This document shows positions 24,787-37,891 of a stretch of DNA of 64,000 nucleotides, one piece after another; the stretch's first letter is position 1; each line of letters starts with the position of its first letter. A program made the position numbers and the translations under genes. Source of the stretch: Fistulifera solaris. Its lineage: Eukaryota. Where the stretch lies: the NCBI GenBank assembly GCA_030295235.1, contig AP026148.1, positions 620,001-684,000 on the forward strand, read 5' to 3'. The notes under the pieces are model-generated. The model was not told where the DNA came from. It worked only from the letters and a program-made list of their open reading frames with translations, and ran no database searches.

Positions 24787-26985
24787 ATGATAGACTCCGG
24801 ACAAGATATCGAAGAAAAACCACCGTCTTTACAAGACTCCACCGTTGAAGATGAAGTAATGATACAGGAAACAGTATCACCAGCTAGTAATAATAATAAT
24901 ATTAATAATAATGCTGAGACGACAACACAACCAAACGACTCAGAGATATTCTCGCAAGAAGACTGCTCGAACCGTCCGGATCCTCCTTCCATCATTGATG
25001 GCGAAGAAGAGGTTCCTCCACGCGGAGATATTCCTACGGCAGTTTCGACCCTCGAAACGAATCAATCTATACTCAGTGAAGACGATTTCTCCGTTTCGGA
25101 TACACACAAAGAAGAAGAAGAACCGGAGAACGATAATGAAGAGGGAGAATTGCTAGCCAACAACGACGCTAATGAAGAGGAAGAATTGCTAGTCAACAAC
25201 GACGAGAATGGTGTCATGAAAGGAAACAACAAACCGGAAGACTCGATAGCGAGACCGAATCGGATAGCACGCGATCCTTCGATATCATTGGTCGATGTGT
25301 TTTCTCCGACGGAGCCGCGGCAGCAAACACCCAACATCGACACTGAAATTCAGCAGGCCGTGGAAGAATTGCACGTACGTCGTATGGCACAACCCGTATG
25401 GGACGACAACGACGAGGATGGATTGGTTCGTCATGATGTGGGACTGCAACACGTACGGGAACGATTGACGCCTCGCATTGAATTGTTGCCTCCGATTGAA
25501 GAACGCCGATTTCTACAAGAACCTTTGCGGAAACAACGCTCCTTTGAAAACACGGCTACGAACCGACGAAGGATCCGGCTCTTGCTACAAGAAGAAATGG
25601 ACAAACGGTGGGACGATAGCTTCATTGGGCATATTCGGAGACGATCAGCGTTGTTCCGATCGCCGGTCGATGAAAGTCAGTATCAATCGCGTGGACATAT
25701 TACAATTTCGTGGTACGAAGGGACGTCGACGTTGGAGTTGAATGAACACGTTCGAAGCAGTGCTATGCGTAAACTCAAACTAGCGTCTTATATGGAACTC
25801 AAGGATTTACGATTTCTCGATGAATCCGTTGATCCTCCGGAAGGTATGTTCGAAGATGTATTCGGTATACTGTATTCTTCGATTTGACTTTAATCTTACG
25901 TTTTGTCGCAACAGAAATTGTCTTGTCTCCCTTTATTCCTGATGGAGCACAATTCACTTTACAATTCGCCCTGACTGATACTCGATACGATGGAGATATT
26001 AGTCCTGATGCCCCAGAATCTCCCTCGGCAGCTCCAAGCCCCAAGCCAACTCGTTTCCTGTCCAATCTCAAAGAAAAGGAACTGTCATTGCTAAGCATGC
26101 CTTCGGTACGCCGGCACCCAATTGGCATCAGTCGCTCGTGGGATACATTTCACCAAACGCCAAAACATGTCAGCACACCCTTGGCGACTACGGAAGAAGA
26201 CGAGAACCAATCCAAAAAGTCCGACAAAAGTTTTGAAGATGAGCTGCCTCCACCGGAGAAGGAAGATCCGGTGGAAATGCGTCTGCGACAGATCACGGAA
26301 CTTCTACTAAGCGATCAACGAGAACGGAGTCAACATCAAGGCCGTCGAAATGAGAAACGGCAGGTCGTTTTCACTTTGGCAAATTATTTTGTTTTATTCC
26401 TATCGTTACTCGCCATTTCGGCAGAAATTCAAGCACGGGCACCGGCATGGCTTCACAACCTGGAAATGCAAATGAAGAACGTCACAGACTGTGCCTCTGA
26501 TAAAGAAGCTTTGTTTCGATGCGTGTCCAATGGGGAATTCGCCGGGTTGATAGCTTCTGTTATCATTTGGCTGACGCGGAATGTGGCCACCCGCAGAATC
26601 TTTTTGCTGGGTTTCGAGTCTCCTCAAAAGTTGTGGACAGTTGTCTATGAAGCCCGTAAGTAGCCTGTTGACGTGCATTGTGATTTTCTTAATCATGTGT
26701 TCTTACTCAGATAATGACAATTTGTCGGTTTGATGCACAGTGGTCACCGCATTCAGCTGGGGCTTTAGCTACCTGTTTGTTCGACGTGCCCTGAACCCTG
26801 ACACTCGGCCTCGATTTCTTCGAAAGTATTGGAAAGATGCCGTCTATGGAAGTCTCGCCGGATTCAATGCTTTCTTTTTGAAACAAGTTCTGAAAAATCT
26901 AATACCACAGGAAGCCGTGGAAGAGATGGTCTTTGAACCTCGGCTCAAAATACTTTCGTGGTTACCCAGCTTTTCTCTGAAGTAA
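24787..26985 (+). CDS. Hypothetical membrane protein, acidic disordered N-terminus; introns ~25844-25913 and ~26657-26740
   Basis: Three consecutive ORFs linked by GT-AG introns; several C-terminal TM helices. Confidence 0.65.
25135..25206 (+). repeat. 36-bp tandem duplication inside CDS (NEE.ELL.NND x2)
   Basis: aatgaagagggagaattgctagccaacaacgacgct / aatgaagaggaagaattgctagtcaacaacgacgag. Confidence 0.85.
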
Positions 26986-27136
26986 AAAAATGCTATTATC
27001 GGCCGATAAAGTAAATTGCTAAATCCAGTTGCCGTTCCACACAATAGTTTGACGACAGATCCCTTTTCATCGATTGCAAAAAGCCGCATGAAAGTAAATC
27101 TGAGATTAAACCACTAGCACCACTCCCAAACCGCCA

Positions 27137-27930
27137 CTACAAATGATGAACCTCTCCGGCTAGTCCTGTCAAATCCAGTTGCCGCTGTGCTCGAATTTCT
27201 TTCGATTTCATTTTCTCTTCTTGCCACTTTCGCCGTTCGGGATCGTTAAAGGAATCGACTTGCCAGTCAACGTGCTTCAACGACACAAGCTTGGCTTTCG
27301 CATTCTCCGTCCCGAGCAATTTTTGCAAGAGCGCTATAGCCACAACTTCTTCGACACCAAACGAAGGTTCTTCCTTATCATCGGTAAGCAGGCCATCGGA
27401 AACAAGCTGAAAGCCTGTTAACGATAATTTGTGCAAATTCCATACCGCCAAAGTATTCCAAGGGCTCGTCGTTCCCGATAATAAAGTCACGCATTCACCT
27501 CGAACGGCGTGACCTGGCAGTCGACCTCCTACCACAAGTGTATCGGGCGTCAGATGAGACAGCAATTCCTGAATGTCGTTGTGATCGGCCACGGTTTCCG
27601 CGGAAAGAAATAAAATACGGTCCGCCTGCAGCCGTTTTCGTGCATAAATCACTAAAGCATTCAAGGCGGAAACAAACTCCCCCACGGCGTCACAGGCAAA
27701 ACGTGTATTCGTTCGTCCACTTCCGCGCAAATCTGTGATACAGCATCAACTAAGTTGTAGTTTGCGATCTTCGGAGTGGCGTCGACCGCAATAATCCCCA
27801 CCGCTCCTTGACACGATGTCTGACAAATGTTGTGAAAGGAGGTGATTTTCGTTGCAAGATCGGTCGGGGCGGTCAACGCGTTACCCAAGTGCAGTCGCGT
27901 CGCGACGACAACTTTTGTGGAACAACTCAT
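27137..27930 (-). CDS. Conserved-looking hypothetical protein, possibly glycosyltransferase-A-like (frameshift ~27680)
   Basis: VVVATRLH, IIAVD, VLPVTPWG then FVSALNALV, ILFLSAET, PWNTLAVWN, GVEEV; two overlapping ORFs. Confidence 0.55.
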
Positions 27931-28602
27931 AATGGAGGAAAATCCAGTGGCTACCATTAAGATGAACGAGGTATTAGGTGCAAGTATTAATTGATAAAGA
28001 ACCACCATTTTGCGTTTGCCCGCCAAAATGGAAAATTCGAAGGCCGCCTTGCATCGCCTCTAACTTAAACGTTCTATAGTGCTTAAGGTTAGGGGTGTGG
28101 CATCTAGTTTATACAATATGGCCTTTCAGTACTAAGCTTAGGGTGAAAAATGACACTTTCGACGTACCACGTACGTCATACCGTCAGTGTCCGATGTCCG
28201 GTACTCCGTTCTCCGTTATGTGACAAAAGTCATTGTTGACAATCGAGCGACAATAAGATCAGAGGGAAAAACGAGAAATGCCAACATACTCTACGCCAGA
28301 CACTGTTCACGCCAATCGCCAGATGGCCCATTGTTTCTTCGTGCACACGCCACACGCCGCACTCACACCCATGTTCGTTTCACGGCAACGATGCGGACAG
28401 AAACATGAACAACTTCTCCATCCTTGCCATTTCAACGTATCAACACCGAGACCACTCCTTAAAAAGTTGTCAATCTCTAACAACAAAAATTTCCTCTTAT
28501 ATGCCTTATTGTTTCGACAGTAGCAATTTCGATCAGTCAGAACCGTTACTTGACGTGCCGTGCCTACTTGCAACCTAACCGCACAATAACCAATCCGCTT
28601 CC

Positions 28603-29651
28603 ATGAATGTGAATGATGACAGCATAGATTCCAAGCCTTCAGCGAAAGACATAAGGTCTCACAATGTTGACACATCGAAACACCCGGCTGAACGAAACAA
28701 TACGCTATCAACGAGCCTTCGTACAGGCCGTAACACAAGAGAGTTCGTTCATGCCCTGAATCAAATACCAACGGAAGACTTGCCGTCCTATACACGAGAT
28801 CATAACAGTCTTCTCACGTTTCCGGAAAAGGTACCGTTCATCAAGCTGGATCGAGAGACTTCTCTTCAAAATCTTTTAAGCGTCACGCAAACTCACCTTT
28901 CCAAATCCTTCAGTTCATGCTGTTGATGATATACGTTGAGCGCATTAGTTCCCAAGCTGGTCGGAAAACGGAACAGGAGGCAATTCATTGGCTAAAAGAC
29001 GGTACCATTATCGCAGTTCGCGACCCGGACGAGCTGTACTCGACATGGCTCGTGAAGTTTTTTGGCAGCTTGAAGTATGATAGTTTCATCCGGAAAGTTT
29101 ACCGCTGGGGATTTCGAAAGTCTCCACCGACTGCCTACGGTCTCCCTGCCAGTTTTCACGTCTTTTCACACCCGTGCTTTTGTCGCGATCAGATGGATCA
29201 GCTTTGTGAGATGAAAAGCACCACCGCAGTGAAAAGACGTTTCGCCGCAAAGGCCGCCAAGGCAGCCGACCCGCTTAAGCGAAGCGAAACAATCGAATTG
29301 AAAGCGAGTCAACCAGCTGACGCTAAAGCGCAGTCAAACCCAATTCCACTCACTGCTGATATCCAGCAACAGTTTTATGTAGCACCTCCAAACTATGCAT
29401 CAATACTCGTACATCGGTTGCGCAGCTTGCAGAATGAGGCCCTTTTGACCGAGTCCATACTTCTCCAATTACAGAACTCTGTCACCAGCGCGCAGGATTT
29501 GCTTCGGTTTCAAATAAGGATTCACCAGCCCTTACAGCCCGCAGAACTGGTTCAGCTGATTCGTCGCCAGAATGCAATCATTTCTCCACAGAGCCCATCG
29601 ACAGCGCTGGAAGAGCTGCTTCGTCAACTACGACAAAATCCGCCGCGCTAG
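28603..29651 (+). CDS. HSF-type DNA-binding transcription factor, copy 1; intron 28771-28913
   Basis: LTFPEK|FMLLM, AIHWLKDG, FFGSLKYDSFIRKVYRWGFRK, FSHPCFCRD. Confidence 0.85.
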
Positions 29652-31272
29652 CGAACTTTTCCCAGTTTCAAGAAGTGGCTTTCTTTTTCTGCTGTTGTTG
29701 GCTTGTCGGAATAAACACGAGCAATGGAAATAGACAGCATCCATTCTCAAAGCTCCTCAATGGTAATCTTTAACAAAACATTGCTGTGCTTCTTGTTTTG
29801 CTCGCAATGAAAAGTCGTCAAGCAAATTTTTCTTATCTTGCCCGAAACCGACATACAAATTATTTCACAGTGACAGCTACGGATAAAGTACGCAAAGCGC
29901 CTCTCTTCTGTGTCGTAACCGTCAACAAAAAATTGCAGTTATAGAGACCTCAAGAGCGGAAAAAACTACTCAAACATTTTGAGATAAGAGCTACGGAGTG
30001 AAACATCTAAGCTTGTATTGGTGTTTAACGTTTAACGACAAAATCGAAGACCACCAATACAAAGTAGAAACAAATAAATCCATCTTGTCAACATCAAATG
30101 CTTCGAAAAGGTTCGCTAGTTCATTGTGACGGGCCGACACGCACTGTGCCTCTAGAGGTCGCTAAGCGAATCATATTCGGGCTGCGTTTATTTTCTGGCG
30201 CATAACTTGGGGAATCCTATCCGCATAACTTCTCTGATGGATTCAGCACGAAACGAGATAGTCTATGTCATCTGATTTTATTTTCTTGAACCAGATATCG
30301 TCTAAGACGCGAGACATGCAATGCAAGATAGATGCAAGGGGTCACTAATCAATTAACATGCCCGTGCCTCGCCTCTCTCTAGATGATGCGCCACGGAGCC
30401 GCGCCTTGATTGATCGGTGAAGCCTTTCCCGCATTTCACATTTCACGTCTCCGATCTCCGCTACGTCACATTTCAGTCCCACTATCTTTCAAGCCGCACG
30501 GAGTCAATAGCCTCTCCGCTGAGTAATTAGTACGGAGTAATTTGTACAGACGCGGTACCGGAAACAAAAACAAGACACAAAACACAAACCCGGTTTTGTT
30601 GCAAAGTGTAGGGAGTCGGGAGTAGTCGGGAGGAGTACTGGTACCTACCACTCTAGCAAATGATAAATGATACGTTGTGTAGTTGCATCGGACTTGGGAC
30701 TTGGGACAGAGGAAGTTAAGAGTCAACCACCAAAGACCAAAGTCTTAGGAGCAGCGAACAAAGATGCTTTGGTGGTTGTGGTTCTGTACTGCTTGTTCTG
30801 TAATCAAAATGTCTGTCGAAAGCGGAGACATAACTGGGACATAAAAAGCAATAATTCCGATAACATAATGTGTAAGAAAAAAAGTTTTTAGCACATCCCC
30901 AAATTATTATCAGACAAATAAATAATACTCCGTAAACCGTAAATTCAACGTTTCACTTTTCAACTACCGGTACCGGTACGGTACCGTACTGCATTCGCTG
31001 GTGAGTGTGGAGTGTGGAGTGTGGTGAGAGTGCGAGGCGCAAATTGCTAACCGACAATCTAACACAATTTTTTACTAGCCTCTTTTCGCACGGACACATG
31101 AACCGTCTTATTTATCTCCAATTTTTCACACGCACCTCCATCAACATTTCATGATCGACTTAGAGTCTCACTACTACGTAGAAACTGGATCTCCAACTTC
31201 TCAAACAGTTGCTTGATTGGCGCGCTTCGATCATTGTTTCATAACATCCATCGCAAGTCAAGAGCTGCTGCC

Positions 31273-32355
31273 ATGGGCGATAGTTCGAGCATCGAAGGTG
31301 GTAAACCTTCCGCTAGAGAAGCCATTGCCTCAGCTGCGCAGGCTGTCGTTATGAATGGCTCAGGTCAAACGGACGAAACCTCCAACAGTCGACGCAGCAG
31401 AAATACAAAAGAGTTCTACCACGCGTTAAATCATCTCCCAACGGACAGGATCCCTTCATATACAAGGGACTTTGACAGCATTCTAACATTCCCTGAAAAG
31501 GCAAGTCCAGCCGCTATTCTACTCGACTCAACCTGTTCCACATTTCTTACGCCATCCATCTCTGATCCATCTACTCTGTAGTTCATGCTGATGATTGTAT
31601 TCGTCGAGCGTACGAGCTCTAGTGCCGGTCGAAAAATGGAACAGGAGGCAATCCATTGGGCTGCGAATGGTACAGCTGTTGTTGTTCGCGACCCTGACAA
31701 GCTCTATTTGACATGGCTCAGACGATTCTTTGGAAACTTAAAGTACGACAGCTTTATTCGCAAGGTTTACCGTTGGGGGTTTCGAAAATCACCGCCGAAT
31801 ACCTGCGATCTCCAGCACAATTGTCACGTGTTTTCGCACCCGTACTTTTGTCGAGACCAATTGGATCTCCTCTACGAGATGAAAAGTACACCTGTCATCA
31901 GGAGTCGCTCGAAAATGAAGAAAGCCGAAGCAACCAAGCCTTTTGAACAGAGTCAAGCTATGAGACAAAGCGCGGTTCAAGCTGCTGAAATCACTACGAA
32001 TTCTCTCCACACCTTCTCGAATCCACTTCGATCTATTGCTGATATGCCACAGTTTTATTTAGCCCCGCAAATCCCCAATGAGGCATCGACACTGGCACAG
32101 CAGCTTCTCAACCTCCATACCCGAGCCCTTCTATCCAATTCGATGCTTTTACAGTCCCACAACGACGCAGCTTTCAGCGCCAATGCCCTGGATATATTGA
32201 GATTGCGACTGCAATTAAACCAGCCTTTACCACAACCGTCGGTGGAAGAGATGTTGCAGCTCCTTCATGGCCAGAATGCGAGCAATCAGATACCAAGTTC
32301 GGTAGCCAGCGTGGAAGCGTTAATACGTCTGCTCCGACAAAACCCTCCTCGCTAA
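31273..32355 (+). CDS. HSF-type DNA-binding transcription factor, copy 2; GC-AG intron 31501-31581
   Basis: Same domain as copy 1 (FFGNLKYDSFIRKVYRWGFRK, FSHPYFCRD), same intron position, same C-terminus RQNPPR*. Confidence 0.85.
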
Positions 32356-32537
32356 TCTTTTCTTCACCCGATTATGAATGAAAAGCCTCTAAGCGAAAGC
32401 TCAGAATCGATCGAAATTCGACGATTTCTTCAATCGCTTCTCCTGTATTCGAGTTGAGTGCTTTGACAGTGTGTTCTGGATGCCGAGTTTTCCCCTGGAG
32501 AACTACAAGTAGAGAATACCGTGTTGCGCTCCTTGCC

Positions 32538-32831
32538 TCAGACCGTTCGAGTCTTGACGCTCCGACGCCATTTCAATATCAGCCCAAACACGGGAATCAG
32601 CACAAATCCCACTAGTAGCCAACTTCTTTCTCCCATTGCTTCCTGTCCCATCCGTATGTTACTCCTTTGTACGGCTGGATCTCGCAACGCGTGTACATCT
32701 TCTTGACGGTGCCATCCCACATGCTGGGACCATTCCTCTCGTACTCCACGTTCCTCCACTGGACTTTCTTTCAAAACCTCTCGAACCAGTTCTTCTTCGT
32801 CATCGACTCTTGATGACTTGTCTTGACTCAT
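32538..32831 (-). CDS. Small tail-anchored hypothetical protein
   Basis: 97-aa ATG ORF; acidic N-terminus, one TM (WLLVGFVLIPVFGLIL) and a basic tail. Confidence 0.5.
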   Translation of the reverse strand: MSQDKSSRVDDEEELVREVLKESPVEERGVREEWSQHVGWHRQEDVHALRDPAVQRSNIRMGQEAMGERSWLLVGFVLIPVFGLILKWRRSVKTRTV

Positions 32832-33106
32832 GCTTGTTATTGCTGCTCAAGAGTTAAAGACCTTGAAGAAAAACTAAAGTTTAGAATGACTTAAAAATGA
32901 CCGTTTACAATAATCGTTCCGGTACCAATGTATTTTTGCACCATTGTTTTTAATGACGGTTCACCACAGCCTCCCTCGCCACTTGTTTTTTACCCCATTT
33001 TCATTATTTATTTTTCCTCTGTTTTTCATGCTGTACCTTCTAATATCCTCTCTTTCTGTCAAATTCTCTCGGCCTTGTTATTCTTCTTTCCTATTACTCT
33101 GCCTTA

Positions 33107-33325
33107 ATGCCACAGGCTTCTATTCTACCCCGCGGCGGTCCCGCCGTCGCTTTAATGGTCACAGTATCGGCCGCTGCGAGCGCCGTGTTTTACAGTCACT
33201 ACGCGCAAGTCCGTGATAAGGCCGTGATGCGAGAAGGAGTCGAACGTGACAAAGAACGAGTGCGTATGATGCGTCAGAAGCAACAACAACAGCAGCAGCA
33301 ATCGTCGTCCGCATCGTCACAATGA
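33107..33325 (+). CDS. PET117: Cytochrome c oxidase assembly factor PET117-like
   Basis: TM followed by VFYSHYAQVRDKAVMREGVERDKER, the PET117 pattern H..Q......M..GV.RD.ER. Confidence 0.75.
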   Translation: MPQASILPRGGPAVALMVTVSAAASAVFYSHYAQVRDKAVMREGVERDKERVRMMRQKQQQQQQQSSSASSQ

Positions 33326-33444
33326 TTGCTCACAAAGAAAACCAATGTAGAAACGTATGCATCCCGACCAATTTGTAAAGTTCGCCTTCAAAGGCAATCT
33401 TAGAAGATTATCATTATTCACCAAAATTGATAGCAACAATTGTA

Positions 33445-34592
33445 CTACCGCTGCTCTACATTCTCGGCTCGTTCTGGAAAATCCATGAGCGCGTTCGTTG
33501 CTGCCGCGAGCGTAATCATTCCCGCTCCTATCCAGCCTTGCAGTCCTTCCAAACTTTCTCCCAACCACCAACTGGAAAGAAAGCCCCGTAGACGGGATCC
33601 ATGGCATAGATTACCGCCGCACGTTCCGCCGAAATTCCTTTTTGGGCTTTGGATTGTATCCAGTTCGTCAACGCTGTAGCGACTCCTCCCAAATACACAA
33701 TTTCCCAACCATGCTCCGTAGCGGTCCGCCACAACGAATCGCCCACGTCCAACGGAACCACATTCCAACATGTCCAAACCGCCGAAAGAGTCGCTACCAC
33801 CCACAGTGACGCCGCATTGAATTCGGCCGCATTCGTTACTTGGGCCGATGCCTGTTCCAAGCGCAATATAAACATAGCCGAGGCCATGGCTGCGGCTACC
33901 GACCAGGCATCACCAATATTCAAATCGTTGAGACCCTCATTAGTAGAGGAATCGGCCGTCGCCAAGAGTGCGGTACCGGTAAACGCCACAAGTGCCGACA
34001 GCAGTGTTGAGGGACGAATGATGCGTCCTAACAAAAGGTACGCCAAAAGGGAACAAATTTGACATTGAGATACAGTAAGAAACCCGATTTTTGTGCCGTC
34101 GTGTACTCCAAACCTATTGCTTGAAAACTAAAGCCCAGAAACATCCAAAATCCCATTTCCAATCCCCACCGCCAGGTTTGCGCTATTTGTTTTGTATCGA
34201 TTGCCGGATTCCACAACCGTGAGACGCCCGGAGTAAAGGGTGCCGCCAGCAGTGCCGCTAAACCAAACCTCAATAAAGTAAAGAGACTCGCATCGCTGCT
34301 TTCCATGACTTGTTTAATAACGGCATGCTGACTACCCCATATTACGGCTACAGCATTTAACAACAGCACCGAGGATGTCGTTGTGGTGGAAGCATTTGTT
34401 TCGTGATTGTGATTCGGCAATGAGGATAAATGATGGTCTGGTTCTACTGTTTCGGAAGAAACGGCAACATTTATATGTGTCGTCTTTTTTCTCCACCCCC
34501 AGCTGGCTGCGAACAAAGGATCGATCAATGGGATCGAAGGGGCGTCGAGTACAGAAACAGCACAACGAAATGAATGCAGCTTTGCTTCTCAT
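33445..34592 (-). CDS. EamA/DMT family transporter with N-terminal targeting extension; about 3 frameshifts
   Basis: IWGSQHAVIK, LRFGLAA, FLGFSFQAIGLEYTTAQKSGFL, LNIGDAW, YLGGVATAL, ISAERAAVIYAMDPVYG, LLGESL. Confidence 0.85.
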
Positions 34593-35010
34593 TCTTTGAT
34601 AGCGCCCTCTATTCTTTATTCATCAAGTTGAAAAACTCTTGCAAGGAGAAAACAATATAGAATGATTGTTTGATCGCTTGATCGATGATGTTTTAATCCT
34701 TGCTGCGTGTTAAATGTTGCGATGATGTATTGTTATTGTTTGTTGAAGGAGAGAAAATTGATCAAAATTTACTATCTTGCAAATTGTAGACTTGGTTGTC
34801 CGACAACATTGCATTTCAGCCCCGGAATGGAGCTCGTGCTAAGGTGTCATAGCTGCTTGTACGGCCCGCCAGCGCGTTCTTGAGCTAGGATATTGCAGCA
34901 ATATGGCCATCGTTCTGTATTCTTTGTAATGTACACTCGAGTTGTTTGGCTCTAATATCTACAAAATGTATAATATCTACAGAAGAGCGTCAGACCCTTC
35001 GGTCAAATTA

Positions 35011-36899
35011 TTAGACCATGCCCGTCAGAATCGTCGCCACGACCATCCAACTTTTCCAAATGGACGAATGCGCATTCGCACTCTGATGTGTATTGCTGCT
35101 CTCTGAAGGCTCCTGCATCAATGTGGGCACGATACTTTCCGTCGCGTTGCCAAGCACTGACGATGTCGACGGTGTCAATTCGGAACACTCCGTTGTGTTG
35201 GTAGTACCGAATAGACGGGGCATAGTGGTTTCGGTCGCGGAAGGGGCTTCCCACGTTGAAGCACAGAATTCAAATGGAATATTGTAAGCACACGTCCAGG
35301 GCAACCCCGAGAAGGTTTGTCGCGGATAATATAAAATAAAAACAATGCACATTTCTTCTCGTGAAGACAGGCCAAATTGAACTTTTCCGCCGTCATCCTG
35401 ACGAACCGATTGATACCGACATGTTGTTCGAAAGGAGTCACCGGGTAAAACTTGATACGGATCCTGTTGCACTGCTTGATTGCCCTGTTGATGAAAATCG
35501 AAAAAGTCAATTTGCGCCAGGTGGACGACTTCGCCATCATCGCGTACCACTTCATTCCGTGCTTGTGCTCCGTGGGCATGCATGTGCAAATATTCTCGCA
35601 AAATCGTCACAGGCTCGGTCAAGATGGTGCCAGTACACGACGAAGGACACGAGAAGATATGATCTCCGGCCCCCACGGCCGTTCCTGACAATTGCACAAA
35701 CGGATCGCCCAATTGCAAGACACTGGCTTCGATGGGTCGCATCTCGGTGGTATAATAAAACTGCACCGCCGTGCTATCTTGGATGTCTGGCACCAAATGA
35801 ACATTGTCATAATGAACTTCCATGAGAAAACTTGTCGAGTAACCCGGTCCAGCGTAGAGAGCAACATCGTCGGGAAATGCCGTCGCCTCCTCTCCTGGTC
35901 CCCACACATATCTGCATCGAAACGTGTCGATAAGGAATGTTCCTCTATTGATCGATAAAGCAAACACGTACAGACTTACACCATAGTGCGCTCAAGCGAC
36001 TCACAGCTGGTATCAGGGAAACCATAAATAGTGAGATGATGTACATGGGCAAGTTGATCAATGAGTGGCTCTACTCCAATGATCGAAATGGGTTGACCCT
36101 CGGGAACACCTTGCCCTAACATATCCGTAACATTCAAACAAAAATCGGCGTATTTGGTTTCTTGTGCCGGAATCGTATAATTGATGGCCGCGACACGAAA
36201 CGTTTGTGCCGCGTCTTGTTGCATACGCTTCGCAAAGTCGAGTACAGCCTCCTCTGGTGTCCACTGTATGGCCCCCCGCACACGATGATGCGGTCCATGA
36301 TACTCGGCTTGGGGCGTATCACCCCACGCTACAATGATCCGCGTGGGTGGTACACCGGCTGCCGTCACAATGGGACGATCTTGCCCATCTCCCGTATCCA
36401 AAACCCGTGTCACTTGCACCATTAAAAATTCCTCCGTCCCATGCCACGCCTGTAATTCCCAATCCTGTCGACAATCCGTGATAGGCTGTAGCTCGTCCAG
36501 TACGTGAGCATCCCGCACCTGATCCGGTTGTGCCGTTTCAAACAGAAATAGGTCGGCACCCCGCATCCCCCCATTTTCCGATAAACCAAATCCCAACCAT
36601 CCCGTGGCACGTACCGCTATGGCCAATTGCAAAAATTGCTGGTGATCTTTGTCGTCGTCGTCGTCGTCAACAATGATGGACCAATGAATTGCGGCGCCGT
36701 GGGTCGATGTTTCAGACAAAAAGATTGATGCATTATAGAAACCTTGGGCGGTGGTTTCGTACCATTCGATATAATCATCGTTAGGATGATCGGTGCTTCC
36801 TCCTCCAAAATAATAATAATAAGTTGAATCATAATCACTACTGCCACTTGCGGATGCGATCCAGAGAGATAACAACATAGGAAAAACAGGCAATTTCAT
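35011..36899 (-). CDS. DOMON + copper type II monooxygenase (DBH/MOXD1-like); intron 35912-35979
   Basis: Signal peptide; GWLGFGLSENGGMRGAD, R.LDTGD.QD, AWG (DOMON); HVHH, EVHYDN, YLHMH, GLSSREEMC (Cu ligands); S/T-rich stalk and hydrophobic C-terminus. Confidence 0.9.
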
Positions 36900-37891
36900 G
36901 GTTTTTATGTCGATGGCAGTTGGTGGTGGAGGAGAAATATAAAAAAAATAAACGTAATGTGGCTCTATGATAAACTCCGACATGGTCGGTCGAGGATCCG
37001 TGCGGGTAGGGAACCAAGTGTAGTATTTTATCATTCTCTTGGATCGTGTCAAAATTGCGTTCAGGAGGGCGTGATGTACCCGAAGAATTTATGCATTTTT
37101 TTCTTTTGACGGAGTCGAAATAAATCATAAAGAAGAACAAAGAGAATGAGAAGGAGAGATAGCGATGACGACGATGACGACGACTCCTATTTTCAACGAC
37201 GGGGTATCTTTGCTTCCCCTCCTCCCAGAATCTCTTCCAACGTCACAAAACCTCAAGCGTGTCATCTTCGGCTTTTGCGTCGTACCGCGTTCCTTGTTCG
37301 GCGTTGTCCTACTACTGTCATATGATTGTGGAAACTGTGACGCCGCTCGTATCCGTACAGAATCAACTACAATAAGTTACACTGATTTGTGACGGCCTTC
37401 TACGTATTTACAATGTCGGATCGAACATATCTTTACATTCGACTATCCAACCGGGAATGAGTGATTACGTGATTACGTCATTAGTCATTAATTATATTGG
37501 AAAATGTCCCCAAGCCCGGATCGTCAGTACACTCGATACGACAACGAAAAACGAAAACCACTTCAGTCTTGGGTCACCGGTCACCTAACACCCACGACCA
37601 AGACCCAAGACCCACCAAGAGAAAGTTGTCTTCCTAATAATTAACCGGAGTACAAAGTATGGGACAGTTTACTTGTAGCTATTCTTCGAGTTTCCAGTTT
37701 CCAGCGTTAGTAGTGCTGTTCTGTTTTTCACATCCAACAACACTGGAAGAATCATCATTCAACAAATCTTACCAACTTTCACTGCCCATCAAACAACGTC
37801 GTTTTGGATAGTTATCATCATCTGTTGTTGATAGGCAACCAAAACCTCTCAAACAAACATCATCTAAATATTTTACCATTCATCACGGAAC

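Noticed and set aside
28080..28146. TTAGGG telomere-like units
   Set aside because: Only two isolated units, with no array.
29652..31272. Long intergenic gaps (also 5369-6449, 50297-51191) as possible ncRNA or transposon sites
   Set aside because: No terminal repeats, tRNA cloverleaf or transposase/RT motifs were visible.
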